64,000 nucleotides of DNA from Escherichia coli O127:H6 str. E2348/69. Lineage in GTDB: Bacteria > Pseudomonadota > Gammaproteobacteria > Enterobacterales > Enterobacteriaceae. The stretch is taken from NCBI RefSeq assembly GCF_000026545.1, contig NC_011601.1; one strand, written 5' to 3'. Under the pieces are notes generated by a model, which worked only from the letters and a program-made list of their open reading frames with translations, was not told where the DNA came from and made no database searches. Below are positions 63,168 to 64,000 of the stretch, piece after piece. The position numbers and the translations under genes are program-made. The number at the start of each line of letters is the position of its first letter. The stretch's first letter is position 1.

Positions 63168-64000
63168 AATTGTTTTCCTTCCAGTTGAGTGGGCTGCCAG
63201 ATGCGCTGGCGAATATCGACTTTTTTCGGCACCAGACGGTTTTCATAAAACAGATCTGCCGTTTGCTGCTGTAAGGCGGCAACTTCAGCGCTCAACGGTT
63301 TGATGGTGGTGGGAGGACGATGATCCAGATACGAGGCAATAACCGGTGCCGGTAAGCCCATCGTTTTTGCCAGTAAAGCGATGCTTTGTTCGCGCTGGCT
63401 GCGGGTTAACGCATCGGCCTCACTAAAGGTTGTCAGCACACCCTGAATAAAAGCGCCGTTTTTTTCTGCATACGGACGAGCTGCCAGATAAAACGATCCA
63501 GTTTGATTGAGATCGGTGCCGTCTTTCAGCACCCGCACGCCGCCCTGTAATAATGCAGCGGAGTAGTAGGGATCCCAGATAGCCCAGGCGTCAACGTTAC
63601 CTTGCTGGAACGCGGCGCGGGCATCGGCAGGCGTCAGGTAAGTGGGCTGAATATCCGTGAATTTAAGCCCGGCCTGGCGTAGTGCGCGTAGTAAAAGGTT
63701 GTGCGAACTGGAACCTTTCTGAAAGGCAACTTTGTGACCTTTAAGATCGGCTACGGTTTTGATCGGGCTGTTTTCTGCCACCAGAATCACTTCGGCTTTG
63801 GGCTTCGGTGGCTCGACGCCCACGTATACCAAATCAGCCCCGGCAGCCTGGGCAAAGATTGGCGGAATATCCCCGGTACTGCCGAGATCGATACTGCCAA
63901 CGTTTAACGCCTCCAGCATCTGTGGGCCAGCGGGGAACTCCACCCAGGAGATTTTTGTTTGCGGATAGCGTTTTTCCAGTAACTGGTGGCTTTTTGCCAG
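63164..64000 (-). CDS. ssuA: Aliphatic sulfonate periplasmic binding protein SsuA, 3' part only (N-terminus lies beyond the window)
   Basis: ORF 63164..63943 ends ...[16 protein letters not shown] and the frame stays open past position 64000; 4-nt overlap with ssuD. Confidence 0.85.
   Translation of the reverse strand: MAKSHQLLEKRYPQTKISWVEFPAGPQMLEALNVGSIDLGSTGDIPPIFAQAAGADLVYVGVEPPKPKAEVILVAENSPIKTVADLKGHKVAFQKGSSSHNLLLRALRQAGLKFTDIQPTYLTPADARAAFQQGNVDAWAIWDPYYSAALLQGGVRVLKDGTDLNQTGSFYLAARPYAEKNGAFIQGVLTTFSEADALTRSQREQSIALLAKTMGLPAPVIASYLDHRPPTTIKPLSAEVAALQQQTADLFYENRLVPKKVDIRQRIWQPTQLEGKQL

Overview
This window is a contiguous stretch of Escherichia coli core chromosome (the cydD to ssuA segment, about 20 min on the K-12 map), and I find no evidence of a novel or undescribed system in it. 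From protein sequences I recognise, the gene order is cydD(partial)-trxB-lrp-ftsK-lolA-rarA-serS-dmsABC-ycaC-ycaD-pflA-pflB-focA-ycaO-ycaP-serC-aroA-ycaL-cmk-rpsA-ihfB-ycaI-msbA-lpxK-ycaQ-ycaR-kdsB-ycbJ-elyC-cmoM-mukFEB-ldtD-ycbK-ycbL-aspC-ompF-asnS-pncB-pepN-ssuBCDA(partial). Coding density is high, and there are no tRNA or rRNA genes, IS elements, integrases, CRISPR arrays or foreign-looking islands. The things worth a second look are strain-level differences from the K-12 reference as I recall it: (1) an in-frame amber codon splitting dmsA, (2) a frameshifting deletion near the 5' end of ycaC, (3) a 96-bp ycaD-pflA junction with no trace of the ycaM-ycaN-ycaK genes, (4) an expanded 39-bp tandem repeat array in the ftsK linker, and (5) an ompF allele shorter than K-12. 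All gene identifications rest on recalled protein sequences and the supplied ORF track; no database search was run. CDS coordinates include the stop codon.
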